Made by a program: the position numbers and the translations under genes
Assembly: GCA_903925725.1 (NCBI GenBank)
Contig: CAIYGK010000250.1
Span: 1 to 40,708 of the forward strand
DNA length: 40,708 nucleotides
Direction of reading: 5' to 3'
Source: an uncultured beta proteobacterium
Lineage (GTDB): Bacteria > Pseudomonadota > Gammaproteobacteria > Burkholderiales > Burkholderiaceae_C
The notes under the pieces: generated by a model
The model's input: the letters and a program-made list of their open reading frames with translations, nothing else
What the model was told of the DNA's origin: nothing
The model's database searches: none
Shown here: piece after piece, positions 27,192 to 37,235 of the stretch
Position numbering within the stretch: position 1 is the stretch's first letter
Layout of the letters: the number at the start of each line of letters is the position of its first letter

Positions 27192-27923
27192 TCAGGCAGC
27201 GCCACCAAAGCCCAGATAGGTCTCGACGATACGCGGGCTCGCGGAGAGTTCCGCTGCGGCACCGCTTAGCGCCACCTCGCCGGTCTCCAGCACATAACCG
27301 CGGTCAGCGATCTGCAGGGCGGCACGGGCGTTTTGCTCGATCAGCAGGATCGCCACGCCGGTGTCGCGTAGTTCGGCAACGATGTGCAGGATGTCGCGCA
27401 CGATGCGCGGCGCCAGGCCCAGGCTGGGTTCGTCCAGCATCAACAGGCGTGGCTTGGCCATCAGGGCGCGCCCGATCGCCAGCATTTGGCGTTCACCACC
27501 CGACAACGTGGCGGCGAGTTGCTGGCTGCGCTCGCGCAGGCGCGGAAAACGCTTGTAAATGGGTTCAAGGTCCCGATCTGCTCGGCGCTCACCTGAGCGT
27601 ACCCGGTGGAAAGCACCCAGACGCAGGTTGTTCTCGACCGTGAGTTCGCCAAACAGCTCACGTCGCTCAGGTACCAGCGACATGCCGTCCGCCACGCGTG
27701 CCTCGACTTCCTGCCCAGCCATGTCGGCGTTGCTGTAGCGTACGCTGCCGCTGCTCGGAAGCAGGCCCATGATGGCCGCCAGCAAGGTCGTCTTGCCGGC
27801 ACCATTGGGTCCGATCACGGTAACGATGCTGCCTGCCTCGACGTCCAGGCTCACACCATGCAAGGCCTGCACCTTGCCGTAGCTCACCACCAGATCGCGC
27901 ACCTGCAATAGAGGCGTGCTCAT
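27192..27923 (-). CDS. LivF-type ABC transporter ATP-binding protein
   Basis: [27 protein letters not shown]. Confidence 0.96.
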   Translation of the reverse strand: MSTPLLQVRDLVVSYGKVQALHGVSLDVEAGSIVTVIGPNGAGKTTLLAAIMGLLPSSGSVRYSNADMAGQEVEARVADGMSLVPERRELFGELTVENNLRLGAFHRVRSGERRADRDLEPIYKRFPRLRERSQQLAATLSGGERQMLAIGRALMAKPRLLMLDEPSLGLAPRIVRDILHIVAELRDTGVAILLIEQNARAALQIADRGYVLETGEVALSGAAAELSASPRIVETYLGFGGAA

Positions 27924-29683
27924 TCAATGCCTCCCAGATAGGCTTCGATCACTGCCGGGTTGCTCTGGATCTCCTGCGGCAAACCCGCCGCCAGTTTTTC
28001 ACCAAACTCCATCACCACAAGGCGGTCCACCAAGCCCATCACAAACTCCATGTCATGCTCGACCAGCAGGATCGTCAGGCCTTCGGCGCGCAAGCGCTGT
28101 AGCAACTCGGACAAGGCGCGTTTTTCGCCGTAGCGCAGACCCGCCGCCGGCTCGTCAAGCATCAGCAGTACGGGGTCGGCCGCCAGGGCGCGTGCAATCT
28201 CGACGATGCGCTGTTGTCCGAGCGGCAGACTGCCGGCTGCGTCGTGCATGTGCTCGCCAAGACCGACGCGCTCAATTTGCCGTGCCGCTTCAGCCAGCAA
28301 TTGCGCCTCTTCCGACCGGTCCGCTCGCAGCATGGCGGCCAGCGTGCCCTTGGCGCCACGCAGGTGCGCACCGAGTGCAACGTTGTCCAGCACGCTCATG
28401 TTGGAGACCAGATTGACATGCTGGAAAGTGCGTGCCAGACCACTTCGGGCAATCGTACGTGCCGGCAGGCCATCGATAGCTGCGCCCAGCAATTTCACCG
28501 AGCCACTGTCGGCGTCCAGGGTACCGCTGAGCAAGTTGAAGACCGTGCTCTTGCCGGCGCCGTTGGGGCCGATCAGGCCCAGAATTTCGCCCGCGTTGAT
28601 GGAAAACGAAATGTCTTTCACGGCGATCAGGCCACCGAAGCGCTTGTTCAGGCCCTCCACACCGAGAAGCGGTGTTCCGGGCGTGGGGCGCAGGCGAAGT
28701 CTGGGCACCGGCGCCTCGGCCGGACGTGCAGGCGCTGCGCCTTTGGGCAGCCAACGGCTGACCGCCGGGGCAATACCGTCACGTGTGCGATGCAGCAACA
28801 GGAGCATCAGTGCGCCAAAGACGATGGTCTCGTAATTTGCCGTGGTGTGAAGCACGAAGGGCACGATCTCCTTCAATGACTCTTTCAGAATGGTCAGAAT
28901 GGCAGCACCCACCACCGCGCCCCAGACCTGGCTGGCACCGCCGATGACGGCCATGAACAGGTAGTCGATACCGGCATTCACACCAAAAGCATGCGGGCTG
29001 ACGAAGCGCAGGTAGTGAGCATGCAGCCAGCCCGCCAGGCCAGCCAGAACGGCCGCCTGAATGAAGACGACCAGCTTCAGCGCCGCCGTATTGACGCCAA
29101 AACTCTCGGCCATCACGCTGCGAAAGCGCAGCGAGCGCACGGCCCGGCCCGCGCGCGAGTCGAGCAGATTGTGGGCCGCGACCAGCGCTGCCGCTGTAAA
29201 GGTCCAGATCAGAAAGTAAGCGCGGCGTCCGGTATTGAACTCCCAACCGGCGATGGAGACCGCAGGCAGGTTGTCGATGCCGCTGTACTGACCCAGCTGC
29301 GGCAGATTGCCAAACAGATAGTAGATGGCAATGCCCCAGGCGATGGTCGCAATGGACAGGTAGTGCCCGGACAGTCTCAAGGTGACAAAGCCAATCAGCA
29401 AGGCCATCGCGGCGACCAGAACGATCGTCGCTGCCAGCGAGCCCCAGGGCGACCAGCCCAGCAGCGTGGTCAGACCGGCCGTGGCGTAGGCGGCGGCGCC
29501 GACGAAGGCCTGCTGCCCGAAGGAAACAATGCCCGCCACGCCGGTCATGACGACCAGGCCCAACACAACCAGTGTTGCGAGGCCGATGTAACACATCAGC
29601 GTGACATAGAACTCGGGCAATACCACCGGTGCCACACCCAGAGCGAGCAGGCAGACGACGAGTAATCGTTTTGAAGAATTCAT
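27920..29683 (-). CDS. LivM permease fused to a LivG-type ATPase
   Basis: Hydrophobic N-half (G.VSFGQQAF), then [23 protein letters not shown]. Likely start is the ATG at 29683. Confidence 0.93.
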   Translation of the reverse strand: MNSSKRLLVVCLLALGVAPVVLPEFYVTLMCYIGLATLVVLGLVVMTGVAGIVSFGQQAFVGAAAYATAGLTTLLGWSPWGSLAATIVLVAAMALLIGFVTLRLSGHYLSIATIAWGIAIYYLFGNLPQLGQYSGIDNLPAVSIAGWEFNTGRRAYFLIWTFTAAALVAAHNLLDSRAGRAVRSLRFRSVMAESFGVNTAALKLVVFIQAAVLAGLAGWLHAHYLRFVSPHAFGVNAGIDYLFMAVIGGASQVWGAVVGAAILTILKESLKEIVPFVLHTTANYETIVFGALMLLLLHRTRDGIAPAVSRWLPKGAAPARPAEAPVPRLRLRPTPGTPLLGVEGLNKRFGGLIAVKDISFSINAGEILGLIGPNGAGKSTVFNLLSGTLDADSGSVKLLGAAIDGLPARTIARSGLARTFQHVNLVSNMSVLDNVALGAHLRGAKGTLAAMLRADRSEEAQLLAEAARQIERVGLGEHMHDAAGSLPLGQQRIVEIARALAADPVLLMLDEPAAGLRYGEKRALSELLQRLRAEGLTILLVEHDMEFVMGLVDRLVVMEFGEKLAAGLPQEIQSNPAVIEAYLGGIE

Positions 29684-29693
29684 GACGCGGCGC

Positions 29694-30740
29694 TCATTCT
29701 TCCTCGTCCTCGACCACCGCGTGCCGCGATACCAGGGAACGCCACAGGAGCACCGGGATGATGAAGGTGAAGACAATGCTTTCCTTCAGTGCACTGGCCC
29801 AGAATGAGGCAAAGGCCTCGATCAGACCCACTGCCAAGGCGCCAAGCGCTGCCAGCGGGTAGCTCACCATGCCCCCAAGGATGGCGCCGACGAAGCCCTT
29901 CAGACCGATCATCAAACCGGTGTCGTAGTAGATGGTCGTGAGAGGCGAAATCAGGATGCCGGAGAGGGCGCCAATCGCCGCCGCCAGCCAGAACGCCAGG
30001 CTCCCGGCCAGCGCACTGGGGATCCCCACCAGGCGCGCACCGATGCGGTTGATGGCGGTGGCGCGCAAGGCTGTGCCGTAAAGCGTGTGCTCGAAAAACA
30101 GCCACAGGGCCGTCATGCAGACGAGGCTCGAACCCATCACCCACAGGCTTTGCGCGCTGATGTTGAGCACGCCCAAATCAAACTTCAAATCCGAGATCGG
30201 GTTGGTGCGCAAGCCTTCGCCACCGAACAGCACCAGACCCAGGCCGGTGAGCATGTAGTGCGCAGCCATGGAAACAATGAACAACACGAGCACCGACGCG
30301 TTCGCCAGTGGCCGGTAGGCAATGCGGTAGAGCATCGGGCCCAGGGGCACCACAATCGCCAGCGTGATCGCCATCTGCAAGGCAGGCGCAAACTTGCGTG
30401 GCGCGGCCCAGGCGGCCAGTGCCGCAATGACCAGCGGCAGCCCCAGCTTCAGCACGGCGATGCGCAGCAGGCGAGTTGGCGTCTTGGCGCGCAGCGCTTC
30501 CACCGCGTCCATCGCAGCAACCAGCACGGCGCCACCCGCCAGCAGATAGATCGTCCCGGGCACCTGACCGAGTTGCAGGGTGCCCAGGGTCAGCCCGGCG
30601 TAGGAAATGAAATCGCCCTGCGGCACGAAGATGATGCGTGTAACCGCAAACACCAGCAACAGCGCCAGCGCCAGCAGCGCGTAGATGGCGCCGCTGGTCA
30701 CGCCATCCTGAATCAGCCACAGGGCGATATCACCGTTCAT
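29694..30740 (-). CDS. LivH-type ABC permease
   Basis: [38 protein letters not shown]. Confidence 0.95.
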   Translation of the reverse strand: MNGDIALWLIQDGVTSGAIYALLALALLLVFAVTRIIFVPQGDFISYAGLTLGTLQLGQVPGTIYLLAGGAVLVAAMDAVEALRAKTPTRLLRIAVLKLGLPLVIAALAAWAAPRKFAPALQMAITLAIVVPLGPMLYRIAYRPLANASVLVLFIVSMAAHYMLTGLGLVLFGGEGLRTNPISDLKFDLGVLNISAQSLWVMGSSLVCMTALWLFFEHTLYGTALRATAINRIGARLVGIPSALAGSLAFWLAAAIGALSGILISPLTTIYYDTGLMIGLKGFVGAILGGMVSYPLAALGALAVGLIEAFASFWASALKESIVFTFIIPVLLWRSLVSRHAVVEDEEE

Positions 30741-30744
30741 GCTC

Positions 30745-31884
30745 TTACTTCAGGAGGCGCCATTCACCGTTGACCACCTGCACCAGCACGCGTGCGCGCT
30801 CATCAAGGCCATTGTGGTTGGCGGCACTCATGTTGTAGACACCGTGGGTGCCGACCACATTCTTGACATTTTCCAGGGCATCGCGCAACGCAGCGCGAAA
30901 CTCCGGCGTACCGGGCTTGGCCTTCTTCAAAGCCACCGCCGCAGCCGCGTCGAGCAGGAGCACGCCGTCATAGCTGTAGCCACCGAAAGCGTTGCGGCTG
31001 CCAGCGCCAAAAGCGGCTTCATAGCGCTTGACAAAGTCCAGCGATACCGCCTTGGTTGGAAAGCTGGGGCTGAGTTCCTCGGCCACGATCAGCGCACCGG
31101 TGGGCGCGATGGCCCCCTCGACTGCCTTTTTGCCGGTCTGAATAAAGGGCAGATTGACGGTACCGTGATTGTGATAAATCGGTCCCTTGTAGCCGCGCTC
31201 GACCAGCGCGATATGGGGTGTGGCCCCGGGCGATCCGGAGCCGCCGATAACAACGGCGTCGGGCGCCGCCGCCATCACTTTCAAAACCTGCCCGGCAACG
31301 CTGGTGTCGGCCCGCCCATAGCGCTCGTTCGTGACGACCTTGAAGCCGTTGCCGTCAGCTAGCCCGGTAATGGCTGTGTACACCATGTCGCCCCAGGTGT
31401 CAGAGAAGCCGATGTAACCCACGGTCTTGGCCCCGCGCGCCTTGATGTGCTGGGCCACGGCGCTCATCATCAGTTCGGTCGGTTGCGGCACGACAAAAGT
31501 CCACAGTGCACGGTCCGGCGCCAGCGGCGGCAAAGGCGTCAGCGCAACCATGGGTGTCTTGGTTTCAGCCGCAACCTGTGCCATCGCCACTGCTGAAGGC
31601 ACACCATTGGAGCCCATCAGCGCGTCAACCTTGTCTTCGCTGACGAACTTGCGTGCATTCTTGACGGCGGCGTCCGGTTTCGATTCGTCGTCCAGGATGA
31701 TGTAGCGCACCGGCTCACCGCCGAGCGTCTTGGGGACCAACTGGAATGCGTTCTTGTAAGGCACACCGAGGGACGCACCGGGTCCGGTCGTACCAAGCGA
31801 GACCCCGATCGTGATCTCGGCCTGGCTGGCACCGACAGCAAGAGTGCTGATCAGCGCGAGTACTGCATGTCGTAGCTGCTTCAT
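30745..31884 (-). CDS. Liv-type ABC substrate-binding protein (aromatic-acid type, IaaM-like)
   Basis: Signal peptide [11 protein letters not shown]...[17 protein letters not shown]; AAAGGAG RBS before the ATG at 31884. Confidence 0.92.
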   Translation of the reverse strand: MKQLRHAVLALISTLAVGASQAEITIGVSLGTTGPGASLGVPYKNAFQLVPKTLGGEPVRYIILDDESKPDAAVKNARKFVSEDKVDALMGSNGVPSAVAMAQVAAETKTPMVALTPLPPLAPDRALWTFVVPQPTELMMSAVAQHIKARGAKTVGYIGFSDTWGDMVYTAITGLADGNGFKVVTNERYGRADTSVAGQVLKVMAAAPDAVVIGGSGSPGATPHIALVERGYKGPIYHNHGTVNLPFIQTGKKAVEGAIAPTGALIVAEELSPSFPTKAVSLDFVKRYEAAFGAGSRNAFGGYSYDGVLLLDAAAAVALKKAKPGTPEFRAALRDALENVKNVVGTHGVYNMSAANHNGLDERARVLVQVVNGEWRLLK

Positions 31885-31960
31885 AAAATCTCCTTTGGTT
31901 TTAAATGTGAAAGTGGCCACCGATTGGCGACCGCGCGGACACTCGGGGGAGCCGACGAAC

Positions 31961-33151
31961 TCATGCGACCACACCGGCACTATATAGCGCCTGCACCTCG
32001 TCGTTCACAAGCCCGGCCTCTGCCAGCACGCTGCGCGTGTCCTGGCCATACTTAGGTGCGAAGGCAAGATTGCCTTGCGCGCCGTCGATATCGACTGCCA
32101 TCGGCTGCATACTCACCTTCCGCCCATCGGGGAGGGTGGTGTGTGTCAGCCGGTCGCTCAGGGCTTCGAGTTCGCGCACCTGGCGAATGTCGTGGATGCG
32201 CGTTGCCGGAATGGTGGCAGCTCGCAGGTCCTCGAGAATTTCGGCGGCAAGGTGGTGCCGACTGACCTGCGCGATGTCGGCATGGATGGCTTCGCGTTGC
32301 ACGTGCCGGCCTTCGTTGGTCTGGCGTACCTCATTGCCCACGCGGGCGAACTTGGGGATCGCGGTAAAGCGGCGCCATTGCACATCACTGCCAATGGCCA
32401 GGAAAATGAAGCCGTCGCTGGTCGGATAAACGTTGGTCGGGATGAACTTGCGGTGTTCGTTACCGGCACGCGTGATCTCATTGGGCTGACAGCCATAGTC
32501 GATCAATGGCAGCACCGTGATGAGCCAAGACGCTGCGGCCTGCAGCATGGAGACGTGGATCTCCTTGCCGACACCTGTTTCGTAACGTTCCAGCAGCGCC
32601 TGCATCACGCCGGCATAGACCTCGTCGCCAGCCTTCAGGTCGATTATCGGAATCCCGGCGAGCATGGGTGGCCCCTTCGGGTCGCCTGTGACTTCCATGT
32701 AGCCGCTCATGGCCTGGATCACCGGGTCGTAGCCGGGAGCCTCGGGGTAGCGTGGCCCCATGGCTGAAATACCGGCCCAGATCAACTCAGGCTTGACAGC
32801 ACGCAAGGTGGCGGGATCGATCCCCAGACTTTGATAACGTGCAGGCACCGTGTTGCAGCAGAACACGTCCACATCGAGCTCACGGATCAGGCGCTGGAGC
32901 AGTTGGTGACCCCGCGCATCCTTCAGGTTCAGCGCGATCGCTTCCTTGCCGACGTTGGGTGCGACAAAATAGCTGCGCCGGTCATCGTCGGCGATGCGAC
33001 TGCCAATGTAGCGGTTCGGATCACCCGGCAAGCCCTGCCCGCTGGGTGTGGCCTCGACACGGATGACGCGCCAGCCCAATTGCGCAAAGCGCAGCGTGGC
33101 GTAGGGCATGGAAAGCGCCTGCTCCATGGACAGGACAGTGCGACGTTTCAT
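31961..33151 (-). CDS. Class III (CaiB/BaiF) CoA transferase, IaaL-like
   Basis: [34 protein letters not shown]; directly downstream of the XDH genes and moaD. Confidence 0.9.
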   Translation of the reverse strand: MKRRTVLSMEQALSMPYATLRFAQLGWRVIRVEATPSGQGLPGDPNRYIGSRIADDDRRSYFVAPNVGKEAIALNLKDARGHQLLQRLIRELDVDVFCCNTVPARYQSLGIDPATLRAVKPELIWAGISAMGPRYPEAPGYDPVIQAMSGYMEVTGDPKGPPMLAGIPIIDLKAGDEVYAGVMQALLERYETGVGKEIHVSMLQAAASWLITVLPLIDYGCQPNEITRAGNEHRKFIPTNVYPTSDGFIFLAIGSDVQWRRFTAIPKFARVGNEVRQTNEGRHVQREAIHADIAQVSRHHLAAEILEDLRAATIPATRIHDIRQVRELEALSDRLTHTTLPDGRKVSMQPMAVDIDGAQGNLAFAPKYGQDTRSVLAEAGLVNDEVQALYSAGVVA

Positions 33152-33200
33152 GCAATCTCCGCTAGGTAGTTCATTTCAGAAGCCATATAAGGTCTGCCGC

Positions 33201-33452
33201 TCAGCCGCCTGCGATCGGCGGGGCCAACATGACCTCGTCCTCGTCGTGCACGGGATGATTGCGATCTGCGTAGCTGAGATTGACCGAGACCAGCACGACA
33301 TCGATGTACTCGAACGCTTTCCTGAAGCGCTCGTCCTGCGTCGATAACCAGTCAAGCAGCATGCCCACATTTTTGACCTTGGTGGGCAAGACGATGTGTT
33401 CGGAGTCGCATCCCATGCTGTCTCTGAGCCACGCGAAGTACTGAAGCTTCAT
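33201..33452 (-). CDS. moaD: Molybdopterin synthase sulfur carrier
   Basis: 83 aa, YFAWLRD N-terminus, DEV...PPIAGG C-terminus. Confidence 0.92.
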   Translation of the reverse strand: MKLQYFAWLRDSMGCDSEHIVLPTKVKNVGMLLDWLSTQDERFRKAFEYIDVVLVSVNLSYADRNHPVHDEDEVMLAPPIAGG

Positions 33453-33468
33453 TGGTGCTCGATCCGCC

Positions 33469-35790
33469 CTAACTGCGGGACTGCCTCAATTCATGGATGG
33501 CGCGGGCAACGGTCTCTGGCGCCATCGGTGGATTGAAGATGCGCACGCCGGTTGCGTTGTACAGCGCGTTGGCGATCGCCGGCGCAATGACGATCGTCGG
33601 CAGCTCGGAGATACCCTTGGCGCCATACGGCCCTTCAGCGCAATTGCTCTCGATAAAGTGCATGTCGAGGGGCGGCATCTCTGGCGCCGTGATGAGCTTG
33701 TAATCGCGAAAGCACGGATTGGTCAACAGGCCACTTTCGATCCGCATGTTTTCGCTCAGGGCGTAGCCCAGGCCAATGGCAATACCGCCTTCGACCTGAC
33801 CTTCGAGCCCCATTCGGTTAATGACCCGGCCGACATCCTGTGCCACCGTAATCTTGTCAACCTTGATCTCGCCGGTCAGCGTGTCGACGGTGATTTCTGC
33901 GATGTGCACGGCGTGAGAATACGCTGCTGAGTGGTCGGAGATGTGCTTGGCCCCCTCAGGCTCGCTCTTGGGCTCGTAATAGTCGGTGACCATCACCAGT
34001 TCAGGTACGGCCTGGAAATGCATTTGCCGCAGCAGACGGTCCAGTTTGATGATCGGCGTGCCGTCACTCTCGCGCACGACCGAGCCGCCGCGCAGGTCCA
34101 GGTTCTTGGCCGGTTCGCCGAGCATCGTCTCGGCGGCGTGCAGGATCTGCGCTTTGGCCTTTTGTGCGGCACGGCGGGTTCCGTTGCCGGCAATGAAGGT
34201 GGTGCGCGAGGCGTGCACACCGACATCCCACGGAGCGATGTCGGAATCGTTATTGACGAGCGTAACGTGCTCCAGCGGCACGCCCAGTTCTTCAGCGACG
34301 ATCAGGGTGATCACGGCATCGATGCCCTGACCGATTTCAGAGGCACCGGAAATGACTGTCACCCGGGCGTAATCGTCCATCTTGAGGATGGTGCCGATAC
34401 CGTCCGACTTGTGGATCTTGGCGCCGCCGGCATTGTGAATCGACGAGGCCAGGCCAATACCCTTCTTGTAGCGCCCGGGTTTGCCCCGCTCTGCAGCGAA
34501 CTCCTTGCGCTTGCGGCTGTAATCGCAAGCTGCTGCCGCCGTCTCCAGACATTCCACCAACGCGCATTCGCGCAGGAAGGATTTCTGCGGCGTGACTTCA
34601 CCGGATAGCTGCGAGTTCTTGATATGGAATGCGAGCGCATCCATGCCCACCATGTCGGCCAGCATGTCCATCTGCTGTGCCGTAGCGTAGGTGGTCTGGA
34701 CGTTGCCGTAGCCGCGGAACGAGCCGGCGTAAGGGTTGTTGGTGTAAATCGCCTGCGCCTTGAAGTCCACTACCGGCACCCGGTAGTGGCCCGAGGTGGT
34801 GCGCATCATGATGACGGGAATGGTAGGGCCCCAGGAGGTGTAGGCGCCGTTGTCCAGCAACACGTCAGCGCTGCGGAAAGTGAGCACACCTTCGCGGTTG
34901 CAGCCGGTGCGCATATGGATGATCGCCGCCTGGCGCGTTGGCGAGGCCTTGAACTCCTCCTCGCGCGAATAGATGACCTTCACCGGCCGGCCGGTCTTCC
35001 TGGCCAGCAACGCAGCAATGGGTTCGTAAGGGTAGACGTCGAGCTTGGAGCCGAAAGCGCCGCCGACGGGCGGCTGCATGACCCTGATGTCACCAGGATC
35101 AATGCCCAGTGCCGGGGCAAGATCCATCTTGTAGTTGTACGGATACTGGGTCTGCGTCCAGATCGTCAGCTTGCCGTTGTGGTCGAAGTCGGCGATGGCG
35201 CAGGAAGTGCCCATGCAGCAATGCGTCACGTGGTGCGGCCGGAACACCGAGTCCACGACAAAGTCGGAAGCCGCTACTGCCGCGGCGAGGTCACCGTGCT
35301 TGAACTCGAAATGCAGGCTCTTGTTGCCGGCGAAGTTCTCGTGGACCAGCGCTGCGCCTTCCCTGGCGCCCGCTTCGGGTGAGAACACGCCTGGAAGATC
35401 CTCGTACTCGACTTCGATGAGTTCGAGCGCGCGGCTGGCAATCTCTTGCGTTTCGGCCGCGACCGCTGCTATCTCATCGTGCTCGCAGCGCACTTTGTCC
35501 TTGAGCGCGACGTTGTCCCGCACGAAGCCGAACTTGAGTCCGGCGGTATCCTTGCCGGTCAGGACCGCATAAACGCCTGGCAGCTTTTCTGCCGCCGAGG
35601 TGTCGATGCGGACGATCCTGGCATGCGCTCGTCCGGCGAACAGCACCTTGCCGATCAGCATTTGCGGCAGCACCATGTCATTGATGTAACGCGTCTTGCC
35701 TGTTGACTTGTCGGGGGCGTCGGGCTTCTTGACGCGCTGGCCGATCAGGGTGGTCTTGGTGATGGGTGAAATGCTGGCGTTCTTTTGCAT
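33469..35790 (-). CDS. Xanthine-dehydrogenase-family Mo-binding large subunit (IaaK-like)
   Basis: GGAFGSK, FRGYG, GQG, ASRTT, GQVEGG, GPYGAKGISE. Confidence 0.93.
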   Translation of the reverse strand: MQKNASISPITKTTLIGQRVKKPDAPDKSTGKTRYINDMVLPQMLIGKVLFAGRAHARIVRIDTSAAEKLPGVYAVLTGKDTAGLKFGFVRDNVALKDKVRCEHDEIAAVAAETQEIASRALELIEVEYEDLPGVFSPEAGAREGAALVHENFAGNKSLHFEFKHGDLAAAVAASDFVVDSVFRPHHVTHCCMGTSCAIADFDHNGKLTIWTQTQYPYNYKMDLAPALGIDPGDIRVMQPPVGGAFGSKLDVYPYEPIAALLARKTGRPVKVIYSREEEFKASPTRQAAIIHMRTGCNREGVLTFRSADVLLDNGAYTSWGPTIPVIMMRTTSGHYRVPVVDFKAQAIYTNNPYAGSFRGYGNVQTTYATAQQMDMLADMVGMDALAFHIKNSQLSGEVTPQKSFLRECALVECLETAAAACDYSRKRKEFAAERGKPGRYKKGIGLASSIHNAGGAKIHKSDGIGTILKMDDYARVTVISGASEIGQGIDAVITLIVAEELGVPLEHVTLVNNDSDIAPWDVGVHASRTTFIAGNGTRRAAQKAKAQILHAAETMLGEPAKNLDLRGGSVVRESDGTPIIKLDRLLRQMHFQAVPELVMVTDYYEPKSEPEGAKHISDHSAAYSHAVHIAEITVDTLTGEIKVDKITVAQDVGRVINRMGLEGQVEGGIAIGLGYALSENMRIESGLLTNPCFRDYKLITAPEMPPLDMHFIESNCAEGPYGAKGISELPTIVIAPAIANALYNATGVRIFNPPMAPETVARAIHELRQSRS

Positions 35791-35841
35791 GACTTGGCTC
35801 TCTTCAGGAGTGTGCGGTCGGAGGTATGACAGGGCGCTCGC

Positions 35842-36333
35842 TTAGCAGCGACCGCAGCACTTCTTCGTCTCGACCACGGCCTCCACGGCATCCAGCACCT
35901 TGGTGTAGCCGGTGCAGCGGCAAAGATTGCCCTCGAGGCCCCGTTGCGCTTCTTCGCGCGTCAGCTTGGGATTGTTTTCGACCAAGTAGTCGGCCTGCAT
36001 GATCATGCCCGGCATGCAGAAACCGCACTGAATGGCGCCGTGGTCGACGAAGGCTTGCTGCATCGGATGCAGGCCCTCGGGTGTGCGCAGGCCTTCGATG
36101 GTCACAAGTTCGCGTCCATCACAATCAACGGCGTACATCAGGCAACTGTTGAGGGTCTGGCCGTCGACCTTGATCGTACAGGCACCGCATTCGCCTTCGC
36201 CGCAGGCATACTTGGTTCCGGTCATGCCGAGCTTGTCACGCAGCATGGTCAGGGTCTTCATGGTCACCGGCACGTTCAGGCAAACATCCCGGCCATTGAG
36301 CTTGAAGCGGATTTCAGTTTCCACGGACTTCAT
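35842..36333 (-). CDS. XDH-family 2x[2Fe-2S] subunit (IaaJ-like)
   Basis: CGEGECGACT...SC, QCGFCMPG, GNLCRCTGY. ATG at 36333. Confidence 0.95.
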   Translation of the reverse strand: MKSVETEIRFKLNGRDVCLNVPVTMKTLTMLRDKLGMTGTKYACGEGECGACTIKVDGQTLNSCLMYAVDCDGRELVTIEGLRTPEGLHPMQQAFVDHGAIQCGFCMPGMIMQADYLVENNPKLTREEAQRGLEGNLCRCTGYTKVLDAVEAVVETKKCCGRC

Positions 36334-37180
36334 TGAGCACCTCTTCAAGGAACACACGAACAAGATGGCCGCGGTACCAGGCACTGGCACGCACGTCATC
36401 GATGGGTTTGGCATCCTCCACGGTCGCGGCCACTGCCGCGGCGATGGTCGGGACGTCGAGCAACTTGCCTTCAAGCGCAGCCTCTACATGGCGGGCCCGC
36501 AGGGGAGTCGGCGCGACCGACCCCATGGCCACTCGCACAGCGCTGAGTGTGCCGTTGGCGACACGTGCGCCAATGGCAACCGAAACGGTGGAAATTTCAA
36601 GCGCAGGACGCGGGCCCGACTTGCGAAACCTGCCGACAAAGTCGGCCGCAGGCCGGTCGAACAGCACAGCGGTCAGCAGTTCCTGCGGCAGCCTGACGGT
36701 TTTGCCGGGGCTGACGAAGAATTGATCGAGCGGTATTCTCCGCGTCTGCACCGCGCCGTCGCGCCAGCAGGCGAGTTCAACCGAGGCGCCAAGTACCAGC
36801 AGAGGCGGGCTCATGTCGCTGGCCGGCGAGGCGTTGCAGAGGTTGCCACCTAACGAAGCGGCGTTGCGAATCTGGTCGCTGGCGAAATGCTCTGCAGCCT
36901 CGACCAGCACTGGCGCGACTTCAGCGAGAGCAGGGTTGCGACGGATTTCGCTGATGGTCGTTGCGGCGCCGATGCGAACCTGGGCACCTTGGGCCTCGAT
37001 GCCGCCCAACCCTTCAATGCGGCGAATGTTCAGCAGCTTTGCTGTGTACTGGCGTACACCGGATTCGGTCTGTGGCGCCAGATCCGTGCCGCCACACAGT
37101 ACGGTGGCGTCACCGTCCGCCATCGCCTGCAATGCCTCGTCCAGACGTCGCGGCGCCAGGTAGGTGCTTATCTCCTGCAT
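36314..37180 (-). CDS. XDH-family FAD subunit (IaaI-like)
   Basis: GGTDL, QIRNAASLGGNL.NASPASD, PIDDVRASAWYR. Confidence 0.94.
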   Translation of the reverse strand: MQEISTYLAPRRLDEALQAMADGDATVLCGGTDLAPQTESGVRQYTAKLLNIRRIEGLGGIEAQGAQVRIGAATTISEIRRNPALAEVAPVLVEAAEHFASDQIRNAASLGGNLCNASPASDMSPPLLVLGASVELACWRDGAVQTRRIPLDQFFVSPGKTVRLPQELLTAVLFDRPAADFVGRFRKSGPRPALEISTVSVAIGARVANGTLSAVRVAMGSVAPTPLRARHVEAALEGKLLDVPTIAAAVAATVEDAKPIDDVRASAWYRGHLVRVFLEEVLNEVRGN

Positions 37181-37235
37181 GGTCCGCCCTCGATTCTCAA
37201 ACAGTGTTTCAATTCATTCATTTCTGGTTAACCCT

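Noticed and set aside
31906-31921. TGTGA-N6-CCACC upstream of the ABC binding protein
   Set aside because: The second half-site is poor and it lies only about 20 nt from the start codon; too weak to call.
33469-37180. XDH trio as 4-hydroxybenzoyl-CoA reductase (HcrABC)
   Set aside because: The 288-aa FAD subunit lacks the Cys-rich [4Fe-4S] insertion of HcrB, and the context fits IaaIJK.
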